Shown: positions 1-12,313 of the stretch, one piece after another | How positions within the stretch are numbered: position 1 is the first letter of the stretch | Layout: each line of letters starts with the position of its first letter | Source: Parasitella parasitica NRRL 2501 | Lineage: Eukaryota; Fungi; Mucoromycota | NCBI GenBank assembly: GCA_025201805.1 | Contig: MU619361.1 | Location: forward strand, 3,807 to 57,711 | Reading direction: 5' to 3' | DNA: 53,905 bases | The notes under the pieces: generated by a model | What the model was told of the DNA's origin: nothing | Seen by the model: only the letters and a program-made list of their open reading frames with translations | Databases searched by the model: none | Program-made: the position numbers and the translations under genes

Positions 1-17
1 AATTGCTTTATATACAG

Positions 18-2445
18 TGTTCGCTTGTGATTTTTGCAACTGCCCCAAAATACTGTACTTCTATCAGCAGAGATACAAAACTTACGAGCGTGAAAAATTT
101 GAGAGAATTAAGAAACTCGTCGTTGCATAATAATCGCACACAGGTCGTTACTAACCTGGAATCCTTGGAACATTTGAAATAGAACCGTGATCTAGTTTGA
201 TGTCTTTATCAATCCATGTTAAGCAATAGTAAAGAGGGCATCTCTCTCTGTCTTTTTTTTTGTGAAACATGGAATCTATTATCTCAACATTTTGCGGATT
301 ATTCTTTCCTCATTCAATTGAGGCGCCAGAAAACAGTGATAAAGTCTACATGTTACTGTATGAAATGTATTCAGCGTAAGTGGTTAAATTTGCTGTATCA
401 AAGACCGTTAAATTGAAAAATTGGGTCAATTTTCTTCAAGACGCTATAGCGTGAAAGTAATTTTAGAGAAAACACTTTGTTTAGCAGCCTTAAGAGCATA
501 TAATGCTGATTGGACTTTTAATGACCTTTCCAATAACAAAGAACCTCTCCTTGTGTCTGTTTCTGGTTCCATGCGACAGCAACCGATTCAAATAAACTTT
601 ATAGAAACCACAGTGGAAGAGAAATTTCATTTGAGAGCAGTTTATATATCGATTTTGCCATGCATACCATTGGTTTCAAATAAGCTAAAAAAATTGGTGC
701 ACCCAAGCATCGCACCAGTGGAGATCGAAGAGGGGCAAAAACAAGGCTATTTTGTTGTGAATCTCTCAAAGAATCAAACATTTACGGAGGAACCTGAATT
801 TTATTTCTCCAATGGATTTAAACCCCAACAGCAAGACGAAGAAGATGTTGGTAACAATGCATTCTCTATTGTATTCAGAACGGTGCAAATGTTGATTTAG
901 TTTATTCATAGATCAAGTTTTTTCAGACACAGATGAAGAGAGTCGGCATGACGATGAGGAAGAGTTACCAGAGTCCTCAAATGCAAGGGACCAAAGAAAA
1001 AATCAAAGAAAACAGGGCGAAATGGATGATGAAGAGGAACATAATGCCGTCTTCGCAGAATTGCAGAATCTTCAACGTTTCGAAGACTATGATACTGAAA
1101 CCAATGCCGATGGAGCCGGGAAGGAAAATCACAGCAACAATAATTTTATAGATAGCGATGATGACACGCATACAGTAAAAAACCAGCATGATAATAAAAA
1201 TAATATTAGTAGTATAACATATGATTTACATGCCGACTCTACCTGACCATATCTTTTTTTTTATTGAAGAAGATGATGAATGGGGTACTAGAGCTAATGC
1301 AACACTCGAAAGAGAATGCGAAGAAATTATTGCTGAGCACAAGAGAATTACCTCAGATGATTATGACCCAAGAAATGATACTAGCAAGGAGAGTGAAGCG
1401 GACAAAGAGAAAAATTCCCACTCACGAGATGTGCTGTGGCCCTTTGAGGTTGAAAGTAAGTAATGATGATCTATACAGTCTCTTGAAAGTGTGTACACAT
1501 TCAATAAATACGCATTGATGCTGTTTATTGTTTGCATTTGACAACAGCAAAGCATTGAAGAAGATGAATATTATGCTATTCATTTACAATGCAGCATCAA
1601 ATTTGCTTTGCTTTTAAATACGAGAGGCCATCATTCAACTGTTGAGAGATATCACATTTGTATATAAACTCCAAAAGATGCTAATCAAATTACAAATACA
1701 AATTTAAAGCAGTAGGAGATTTTTGCCGGTTTCACCTAGTCGTGTTTCATTGCAACCTGGAAATAAGAGAACCAAGAGAGACAAAGGCAAAGCTCGTGCT
1801 GATCAAAAGATGAGAGACTCCCAGAATAATGAAAGCGATAGTTCTATTGAAGAGGTATATAAATTCGTGGTCTTCAAAGCTAATGAGATATGCAAAGAAT
1901 AATTAAAACTCTTTTAATAGATATTTACTAGAAAAAGATCAAGAACGAGTAGCGTACAATCTATTTGGACAGCAACTGCTGATGATGAGACATCATTTAT
2001 AGATGATTCATTAATTGCAGGAGATAGCGGAAGCCAATTTTCATCGGTAGCAGAGGAACCCGGAAAAAATGCTGACTGCATTTCATCGAATAAGGTTCCG
2101 GTGCAGAAACGAGGAAGAGGAAGACCCAAAAAAAACAACATGAAAAGAAAGCCAGGACGCCCTAAAAAATATGGTTCAGGAACATCTGATTCAATTGATC
2201 AGCTAAACACTTTAGATAATTATTTCAGTGAATTGGCTGTTTCTCGCCCCTATTGTAGACCCTCGTCACCTAAACCCATCTCAAATTCAAAAAAATAAAA
2301 GCTTCCTCCTTGGAAAGAAATGATAACAGCGAGTTTTTGGTATATAGCGGGTATCAGAATTCATTTGAGAACTCAGCTCCACCAGATCTCTCAAGAAGCT
2401 TTCTGTAAATTGGCAGCCCAGCATTCATCTCTTTGCTATAAATGA
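18..2445 (+). pseudogene. Fragmented multi-exon gene (5' end outside window) with an acidic region and two AT-hook motifs; probably decayed
   Basis: Chain of + strand ORFs (421-900, 1022-1246, 1221-1463, 2101-2298) separated by GT..AG-like segments and in-frame stops; KRGRGRPKK and KRKPGRPKK AT-hooks at ~2107-2169. Confidence 0.35.
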
Positions 2446-2745
2446 ATAGGTTTTGAGAACATGTTTCTAAACATTTATTTTGTTTTACAAAATGAGTTAA
2501 TACTATTAGTATTATCCTTGTTGTTTATCATCAGGTGTAAATTTTGAACTCATAAATAAAGAAGCATCGGTTCAATAAAATGCTCATTTTTTAAGATTTG
2601 CGTTTATAGAGTCAATTAATAAATAAAGCAAAAATATATGACAATAATTAAGCCTACGCTCCAGACATTTTAGTTAACAACGAGAAAACGTAAGAAGCGT
2701 AGGTCTATCTAGGCCACATATGATCTAGTCTCTACAGAAGAAGCT

Positions 2746-4677
2746 ATGCCAAAATGTAGAAAGCTTTCAACATATAGCGTTCGTAAAATTTATTAATAGC
2801 ATCTGAGCTATTTCTTAAATTGGACAAGAGATACTATATTCAATAATGAAACGTTGAAAAAATTGAATGTACCCTATATTCAAAGACTATTAAAAGCTTG
2901 AACATGGGCACAATGGCAAATGAAATCTGAAATACATCTAATTTTAATTTGGAATATTCTCTTGCTACTTTACAATAGCTGAGCTAACAGTATACACCAA
3001 CTAATTGACCATCTATTGTGGTGTATTTATGTCGCAAGACTTGCTTGAATACAGCCAAATTTCAAAATTTAATTAAAAATATGTAAAAACGTGCAAAAAA
3101 TACAAGGTTAATTTTGTTTTATTGCGAAAGGTACATGCTACTCAAATAAATTATCTACTGACAACTCCAAGCAGTTTATTACATGTAAAAAAAACCATCA
3201 AAGTATCGGGATTCTCACATTTTTCATTGAATTTCGGACCAAATAGTCCGAAAAAGGAGATAAATTTAGCAGGGACCTCCCTTACATTTAATAATATGTT
3301 TAAAAATGAGCTATCTCAACTTTTTTTTTATAAACGCACATTCTGGGCAAAATCATTAATGTTCTCACAAGCACATAAATGCTCGCATGACCCTAATAAT
3401 ATTCCAATTTGAGCACATTTATGTTCACCGAGAACATCCAGGAGGCCATAGTGACCTTCTTGATTTGAAACAGAGACTTTATTCTCCAATTTACGCAAGC
3501 GTATCATATCGCATCATTGGACAATTCTTAATCTTTAATTGAAGTACATTCATTTATCAGAATGAGAAATTATTCAAATAAAACAGTTGTGAATTAATCA
3601 AGAGGTAAAGATCTCGTTTATTACATGGAAAAAATGATGGTTTATATACTAGTGAATCTAAGTGGACTGATGGGAGGATAAGATACAAGTGTGAGAGATG
3701 GTGTGATTTAGAGAATGGAACGATAGATTGTATCTATTGTCCATGAACATGTCATGTTGAGTTAGAAATAAGGAACATGTGTTGTATCCATATAAAGGCT
3801 ACATATGTCATATCTAACTTAGTCATAATGCACGGATCATGATATTAATTGTTGGTAATTCTTTTACAAATAAGGAATAAGCTACAAGTTGTAATTGGAC
3901 CTCTTGCAAGGTTCCAGGCTTATTCANNNNNNNNNNATGCCAAAATGTAGAAAGCTTTCAACATATAGCGTTCGTAAAATTTATTAATAGCATCTGAGCT
4001 CTTTCTTAAATTGGACAAGAGATACTATATTCAATAATGAAACGTTGACAAAATTGAATGTACCCTATATTCAAAAACTATTAAAAGCTTGAACATGGGC
4101 ACAATGGCAAATGAAATCTGAAATACATCTAATTTTAATTTGGAATATTCTCTTGCTACTTTACAATAGCTGAGCTAACAGTATACACCAACTAATTGAC
4201 CATCTATTGTGGTGTATTTATGTCGCAAGACTTGCTTGAATACACCCAAATTTCAAAATTTAATTAAAAATATGTAAAAACGTGCAAAAAATACAAGGTT
4301 AATTTTGTTTTATTTAAAAAGGTGCATACTATTCAAATAAATTATCCACTAGTAAATCTAAGCAATATATTTTATGTAAAAAACCATCAAAAAGTTGTTC
4401 GATTTATTTTGCGAGACTTGCTTGAATACAGCCAAATTTCAAAATTCAATTAAAAATATGTAAAAACATGTAAAAAATACAAGGCTAATTTTGTTTTATT
4501 GCGAAAGGTACATGCTACTCAAATAAATTATCTACTGAAAAATCCAAGCAGTTTATTACATGTAAAAAAACCATCAAAGTATCGGGATTCTCACATTTTT
4601 CATTGAAGTTTGGACCAAATAGTCCAAAAAAGGAGATAAATTTAGCAGGGACTTCCCTTACATTTAATAATATGTTG
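2746..4677. repeat. ~550 bp direct duplication (2746-3300 vs 3937-4677); copy 2 carries an extra ~186 bp internal tandem unit
   Basis: ATGCCAAAATGTAGAAAGC... at 2746 and at 3937 (immediately after the N gap 3927-3936); the unit GC(A/G)AGACTTGCTTGAATAC...AAACCATCAA occurs at ~3034, ~4225 and ~4411. Confidence 0.85.
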
Positions 4678-5714
4678 ATCATGTTGTCTCAACATACGGC
4701 GAATATAAAACAGGTTTTATGTTGCTCTTTATAGTAGCCTACTATATCAGCGTTCATATGCGATTTTCGTATCGTTTCTGCAGATAAATCTATAAATATC
4801 AATAAAAACATGGAAGCCAATGTTGTTGCCAGATAGCGCCAAGTCAACGCCAGATTTTCCAAGTTAGATCATGGTTCTACGGTCATTTTAGCACAAGTTA
4901 TGAGCTGATATCTGATATTTATGATAATAATTGAAAAATAAAACTGTTTTTGCAGATAACTTTTGATAGAGACATTGCCCAGTGGAAAACAAGGTATGCT
5001 CAGATAGCAATAATTGTTCTCTTCTTAGTTGAGAGTCGATTATTAATAGCTTTACGTTTTCTGAAATCATAAGTTGCTCGTATTCCTTTTTCTAGATTGA
5101 GTGCTGTAACGATGATAGGAAAGGATCCCAGTAAATTTGAGACGTATCATGGTGTTGTTGAGTTGGCCAAAGCTGCCTTAGTTTTGGCATTGCTGTTTTT
5201 ACTGTATGACTCTGTTGTCTGTTGCTTGAAGACAAGAAAAATCACACGGTATTGTAACAGGCTGCTGCATGTAAACTATTAAAATAATTTTTTTCAATTT
5301 TCTCCGTCAAAAATCATTGTTTTTCGATAAAGCAAAAACTAATGTGTTTGAAAATGTTAGCGGAGTTTAAAATTTACCCAAAAACGGTTTTAAACTCCGA
5401 TTAAATTTTTAAAGTTTTAGAGGCTAAGCAATTATTGGAGTAGTAATTTCATGTATAATATCAGGGATCTAAGGCTTTGTTAGATAATCAGGGACAGATA
5501 GGTACTAGAAGATATTCAGCTAAGTTTATTCAAACCAAGAGATTATTAATAAAAAGCGAAAAGGGGAATTCGATAAGAAAGGTTGCTAAGGGGGGAATGT
5601 GATGAGGAGATCTGATGATAAAGAAAAAACTCTTCTTGCTGGTCAAAATAGATTTTAGTTATACTTTTTGCCAGCTAGCTATTTTACTAAAATGTGAACT
5701 AGTACATATTCAAT

Positions 5715-5822
5715 AATGTGGATCAATAACGTGATAATTATAACGTGGATCAGTTAAGCAAAAACGGCAACAGGGATCAGTTTAGCAAGAATGGCAACGT
5801 GGATTACTTAGGCAAGAACGAG
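5715..5822. repeat. 27-bp minisatellite, 3 good copies plus 1 degenerate copy
   Basis: AACGTGGATCAGTTAAGCAAAAACGGC / AACAGGGATCAGTTTAGCAAGAATGGC / AACGTGGATTACTTAGGCAAGAACGAG, preceded by AATGTGGATCAATAACGTGATAATTAT. Confidence 0.75.
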
Positions 5823-7125
5823 ATGAATTGTCTTTTTGAAATTAGAAATGTTTTTTTTTTATTAATACCTGACAAGTTTATGACATATACAATGACGAGA
5901 ACTAAGTTTATCATGTACGCAACAATAAGAAGTAATTCATCTGGTTTTACACACCGTGTTCAATGTTTGACAGTTATGACCATTTAAAATATATGTGAAT
6001 TTACAAGTAAAAAAATATAAAGATCCTTTTGAAACTGTTCTTTATTTTTTAATTTTTTACTCTAATTTCCCAAGAATAAATGGTTATGTGTATGAGCCTA
6101 GATTATAGTGAATTATTCATTAAGGACGCCTTGGCAGCAAGGAGTGGGAAAGCAGAGATTGGGAAAGAAAGAACCAATGGCAGATTTGACAAGTGTCTGA
6201 GTTGCTTCTATTTGTTCTCGATAATATCATAGATTACGTATTTTTGAATCCGTGCTAGCCTGGTCTTGATGATTGCGATCTTTTGTAGAATATTCTTAGA
6301 TAATTTGAAATGCAATGGAGATTATTTTTATGCGATAGCTCAGTTTATGCTAATCTGTAACAATATATAACAAAGTATAGACAGAAGAGGTACAATTAGA
6401 ACTGAATATAGCTATTTAGTTATTCCAAGATTGCATGCTTCTTCTGACTAGTGTATGATTCGAATGTATTTATAGTTATTTGACAGGCTGCAGCAATATG
6501 ACCTTGAGCTAGGATGGAGAATAATTGGATAAACGTAGAAACAGTTTACAAGAGTTTGGTGGATGAGAATTTACAAATCACCAGTACGGTCGTGCTAATG
6601 TGAAGAGCACAGCGAAATGTTGTGTAAATGTTGTTATTTATAAGGTGAATAAGCACTTTCTCGGAATATAAAGCCAGATAAAAAACTATATGTGAAATAC
6701 AATGATCTGCATTCCACGGCTAGATTCATCCAGTGACCTTAAATTGATATAGACTACATCTGTGAACAGTCAACAAGATGTACAGTACAGACTCATGCTA
6801 TATAGATACAGGCAAGATATGGCACTATTAAAATGGATGAGGTTATAGACCTGTACTTATATCTCAACGCGAGCCTTGGAAATTTACTGGATTAAGTTTA
6901 AGCATTGTGGTCATTATACAGCTCTGCGTGAAACATTAAACATTTTATAAACTAATAATATGGTACACTAAGATCTGATAAGCTTGTCAAATATACTATA
7001 TAAAGCTTGATATGGCAATGTTCAGCATTATATATTTGGTAATACTAAAGTGCATTAGAAACTTTAGACGTAATACGAATTTCTTGTGCAAATGATGTTT
7101 TTACGAGAGGAGATCTGTAAGACTA

Positions 7126-9435
7126 TTATACAGATAAATTCATCACGGATCCATACAGCTTGGGATCGAGAGGAGAAGGAAATACATTGGGAGATATAAG
7201 AATTTTACATCGTTCAAGAACAAGGTCGTTAGTTTGCACGCCGTGTATTTTTCGTAAATGTTGACAGAACATGGGCTTTACAAGATATCCTTGGTCACAA
7301 GCAAAGCAGTAGTAATAGTGAGGTTCCACAGGTCCCGAGTTGTTTGCAGTGATTCTATGAGCTTTCCGTAAATGAAGTCTGAATTTTGCTCTCGAACCAA
7401 AAGTTTCATTACAAACAGAGCAATGTAAACTGGGATCGTCCCAAATTAGCGTAATACCGTCTTTTTGGCGTAGCTCTTCTCTCTTAAATTTTGCTTTACA
7501 TCGTTTTAGATGACTTGAATATTGCTTTCCTGTACCTAAAATACGGCTGCAAAACTTGCATTGGATGTCTACGAGATCATCCAGATCCTTCATCTTGTGT
7601 ATTTTTAGACAATGTTTTCGATACGTGAACAAATCCTCCAAAGTTTCGTCGCATATATTGCAGTAAAGGTTGGGATCATTCGGATTAATTATATTGTGAA
7701 TGACTTGGCAATGTCTGTGATAGTATGTTTTTGTTGGAAATGTCTCGTCGCAAGGTTTACATTTGTTCTCCATATCGTTCCAGTCAGGGATAACGCCTTT
7801 ACTGATCGGTTTCTTTAGCTTCAATGAGTGAGAAACCAGCAAATGCGCCGCGTAACTCGGTCGATTAGAAAAAGAGCTCTTACATATAATGCAGCGGAAT
7901 TTTGGTTTGGCAGGGATTTGGTAAAACTTTACTGCAGCCTTATCGACTGTGTTCTTGTCAGTTTCAGGATTAGAAGCTTTCTGCTTTGAAACGGATTTGA
8001 CACCTTTTTTGTGAGCATTATTGGTGTCTACTGCGGTTTTCAAGGCTTCGAGATTTGCAAATGACTGCTCAGCCATAGAATCAACAGGCATTTGTTGAAA
8101 ATTAGAATTGGCATTTGATTGTTGATCCTCTGTATTGCCAATCATTTTTTGGGGATGTAAGGTCATTTGAAAATTGTCGCTCAGAGCCATGGCCGGTTGT
8201 CGGAGTTTGGTAACTGGAATAGCTTTTCGTATATCTAGTTTTGCATTTACAGATTTCATCGACATTGATTGTGCTCTGTGGCTCATAGTTGATTGTTGTT
8301 TGTTGAGGTAAGCTGGTATTTGTTTTTCGTCGGTATCAGTGCTAACATTGGCGTCTTTAGCCTCGCGTGTCCTATCTATTTGTGCAGAGTTTGGCATGAA
8401 AACACCTTTATGAGCAATGCGATTGAAATTGCCCCCTGGAGAGATGATACTCTCGTTAGGAAAGTTTCCACCAACAGCAGAGTTTGAGAGAAAGTGCCCC
8501 AGTTTTACATGCTTTTTGAAAGATAACTTGCTTTTATAAAACCTTTCGCAAGCTTGACAATAGAAATTGGGATCGTTGATATCTGGCGTCACATTGAAAT
8601 TTTTGATGTTTTTGGGGAAACTTAAAGAATGTATTACTTTGTAGTGAGCTAGCATGAATGAAAAGCCTTGCACTACAGTTTCACACAGATTGCATTTGTA
8701 CTCCATATTTCCTAAGTTTGCACAATGTGAGAGTTTGTATTATTTGTGCATATACGATATATTAGTACCTGTTTTACTCGTTGTATTATCAGAATTGAGG
8801 TCGGCCTTAGCTCCTAGACGGGCAACGTTTTTTGATACCACTGCTTGATCAGATACCGTCGCTACGTCATTTCCGTGATTAACTATTGCTAGTTCTGCTA
8901 CTGGTGCTGGTTTGACTTTTTGCTTAATGTTGTTAGACTCGGTTGTTTGATTAATTGTATGTATTAGTCCAGCAACTTGAATAGCTGGAGATAATAATTT
9001 AATCTGATAAGGAATTTTAGTTTCTGTTACAGCCGTAACTTCTTGATCAGCTGTAGGTAGTACTTTTGTAATAATCTCTTGGTGGCGATCTTGGACAATT
9101 TCAGCATTAGGCAAAACTTCAACTTGTTGTTCATCCTCAGAATCAACACCCTCAATATCGATATACTCATTGCTGTCATTATCAATATCTGTGGACAATT
9201 CTTCAAGAGTTGGCTCTTTAACAGACTGAGCTTCTAGACAAGACGCGGTTTTTTTAATGCTATTTATTGGGAAGTTTTCTTGTTCCATGCTGTCATTGGA
9301 ACTATTCATTGCTATTGTCTTGATTTTCATATCTCTTTTATATTTTTTGCTATCATTCGAGGTATCGCTTAGGAATTCAATTGGAAATTTTCGCCTTTTA
9401 ATTACGACTGTAGGATGCTTGCGCTTTTTTTCCAT
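7126..9435 (-). CDS. Multi-C2H2 zinc-finger protein (PDxxDPNFYC-linker type), 2 exons
   Basis: ORFs 8740-9435 and 7126-8706 join in frame through a phase-1 intron 8768-8712 (G|GTACTA...TTAG|GA AAT ATG); about 8 CxxC-12-HxxxxH fingers, several preceded by PDINDPNFYC/PNDPNLYC/WDDPSLHC. Confidence 0.85.
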
Positions 9436-10009
9436 CTCGGTGTGAAATAACTGAAAGATATATATAAAAGAAACGATGGTTATAAGCTTCGGATCGTTGC
9501 GAAAACTTTCTTATTTGTTTTTCCAACACTATAAGCCACAGCAGCCGTAAACAAGTTGCATATAGTAAATGAAGCTTAAATTTGTCAAATTTTTAAGTAG
9601 AATTGACATTTATTCTATTGCTTAGTTACTTGATGAATTTCTGAAACAAATTTGGATGCTCATAGCCTATATCATGTCTCATCGCGTTTACTGCCTAATA
9701 AGGTACTTGCTGATTGCATGAAAACGACAGTAGTATTGCCTTATATGAGAACATTTGCAGTTGCTCTATTCCCTCCCCCATCCCTCTCCCCAACGGCTTT
9801 TGTTAATATTGTGTAATTTTAGGACAAAGTTCAATCTTTATAAATTGGAGTAGTGTGTGATACAGAATATAATCCTGAAACCATCTTTTTCAATTAATAC
9901 ACTACTGTATCAAGTTTCTTTTGATAACTATTGCGTAAACAAAAAAGAGTTTTATTGAACACCAAATCACTTTTTTTTTTTTTTTTTTTTTTAATATATT
10001 ACAATGAGC

Positions 10010-10677
10010 TTATAACTTTTGATACTTTCTCAGGCCAGATTCAACGGCTGCAGCAGCCCATTCCTCAGCATGATGGAAGCCTTCTTCAGTAGTTGACCTA
10101 GCAATGGCTTGCTCATCGTTATAACAAGTCAAAACGCCAAACATGACAGGTACACCAGTATCTAATTGAACCTTCATAATACCGTGAGTGACAGCATCAC
10201 AGATATACTCGAAATGAGCAGTTCCTCCCTTGATAACCAGCCCAATACAAATAACAGCATCGAAAGGACCTGTTTTCCTGCCAGTCTTCTTGGCAGCAGT
10301 ATCTAATGCAGGAGAACCTAATAGATCACTGGCAGTTTCAGATGCTTGAGCTTGAGAAAGTTCAATAAGTTGTTTGGCAGCCATAGGCAGCTCATAAGCG
10401 CCAGAAACGGTATCCTACGTAACCATAACCAAGTTCAATTAATTATGTTGCCATGAAAACCTTCTCCCCTCCTCCCACCCCCCTTATAATGACTTACAGT
10501 GTAAACATTTTCTGGCTTGACATTGTACTTTTCAGTCAAGGTATCGTGAACTTTCTTGTAGAGTTGATCGACAAGAGCAAAGTTCCAACGTGTATGAACA
10601 ATAGCAATACGAAGACCAGAACCGTCCAACTTTACCTTTGGTGGAGCAACACCTTTTTGAAATGTTTGTTCGCTCAT
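10010..10677 (-). CDS. RIB4: 6,7-dimethyl-8-ribityllumazine synthase
   Basis: [43 protein letters not shown] motifs; intron 10497-10415 joins the two exons in frame. Confidence 0.95.
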
Positions 10678-10772
10678 AGGATGATATTCAGAAAAGAAAA
10701 CAATGGATTATTAAAGGAAGCGCGGGTTACTTTAGGCTTTAGACATCATTATGGTATTGCCAACACGGCAAT

Positions 10773-12136
10773 TTAATTTATTAGGACGTCATCTTGTTTA
10801 ACCATGATCTCTTGCAACACTGCCAACTTCTTTTTCTCCAGAAATAATTGACTTTTCGCATATTCTTTGACAGTTTGCATCATGTCTCGAGCTGTATTTG
10901 GCTTGAATTGGTTCTCAATATCCTGCCTTAAATTGGTGTCGACACGTTCAAATCTCTGGAGATTGTTTCGTTCAAGGATGCGTGCATCTTCCAATACGGC
11001 TATGGCTTCACTTGCTTGATCTCTGTCGATGCTGATGGATGATTTTAATCTTTCCACACGTCTTAGACTGGATTCTGTGTGTTTTCGGCTGGACAAATAA
11101 TTCGATAATGCATCTAGTCTTCTTTGCATTACATTCTAAGATATATTTAAATTTTTTTTTTGTTGCATAAGTACACTGCAAATGTTACCTGTGTAGATTC
11201 GCAGTTTTTTAATTCGTACGATATTTCGCCTGAAAGTGTTTCATTTATTGCAGATGCTTGTGATCTCTCCAGATCAGCGAGCTGTTGATGGCCTTTCGCA
11301 AACGCTTTATATAATCTACACAGATATATGAGTATATATGAGTGAAACCTCTTCCACAACAAATGGTTACATGAATAAACTTGCATTCCGTTCAATGCCA
11401 CCATAAGAAACCCACGAAGAAGATAAATTCATCCAGGAACGAGCCATTGCTATGTTTGTGTGATTAAAATATGTAATGTACGCTCGTGTGGCATGATGCA
11501 TAATAATATTTACAGTTCTGTTCTTGTACGAGCTTGTCCAATCTCGCTGAAACTTGATGTAAGTTGTGAGAGAATGTGTCCAACTCTTTCAGGAAATGTC
11601 CAAATTCTGGTTCCATATCATCCGAAGACACATGCACAATGATATATTTTGGTGTTTTGATTTTTTGAGGTGGATGTTGTTGTGGTACTATGGAAGGTCT
11701 AAACTACACTTACATGACTTTCAGTTGTGCTCTCTATTCAAGATATACCGTTATCTCTTCTTACCTACCCCGACTTCGCTCTCAACGAAAGCTCTTAATC
11801 CTTCGCTGGTCCTTGTTCTATCGTGCTCCACGATTCTATCAAACCACAGCTGTATCTTGTTTTCCACCGAGCCTGTATCGCCTTGGCTTGCTGATTCCTC
11901 TCCAGGTAATCGAATAGTCAGCCACCATTGTCGACCTACCAACTTGCCTTCTTTGTCGAATCTAGGTGATGGACATGGCGGTAAAGCTGGTATCAACACA
12001 TCATCACATGTGCTGCTTAAATAAGCATGAAGTTTAACCAACTCGCTATAATATCTTGGAAATCGCTTTTGTTTTTGTTTGTATTTGGTGATGTTGGTCT
12101 ATTTTTAGGGGGAAGAAAAAGGGATTGAGCCTTGGC

Positions 12137-12201
<65 letters not shown>

Positions 12202-12313
12202 CCTCTTGTCGTTGTGGGGTTTCTTTTACCTGAACTTCGATCCAAAAAACAGGATCTTTTCGTCGATAATCAACATTGGTTACCATGAATTGTATCCGCG
12301 GTACTGTGGCCAT
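10773..12313 (-). CDS. PX-BAR sorting nexin, Vps17-like retromer subunit (multi-exon)
   Basis: DPVFWIEVQ|TNITKYKQ...RYYSELVKLHAYL...LIPALPP PX-like region followed by helical BAR-like exons; canonical introns; resembles fungal Vps17. Confidence 0.7.

Noticed and set aside
5715-5822. Repeats as a CRISPR-like array
   Set aside because: Units are contiguous with no spacers; eukaryotic context; no cas genes
10688-10750. C/D-box snoRNA-like ATGATG...CTGA on the minus strand between VPS17-like and RIB4
   Set aside because: Imperfect C box, no convincing terminal stem or recognisable rRNA guide
12140-12201. 62-nt poly-T tract and the poly-K/poly-F ORFs it generates; similar tracts near 9971, 19216, 25708 and 29285
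   Set aside because: Intronic or intergenic homopolymers, several abutting N gaps; lengths are unreliable and the ORFs are artefacts
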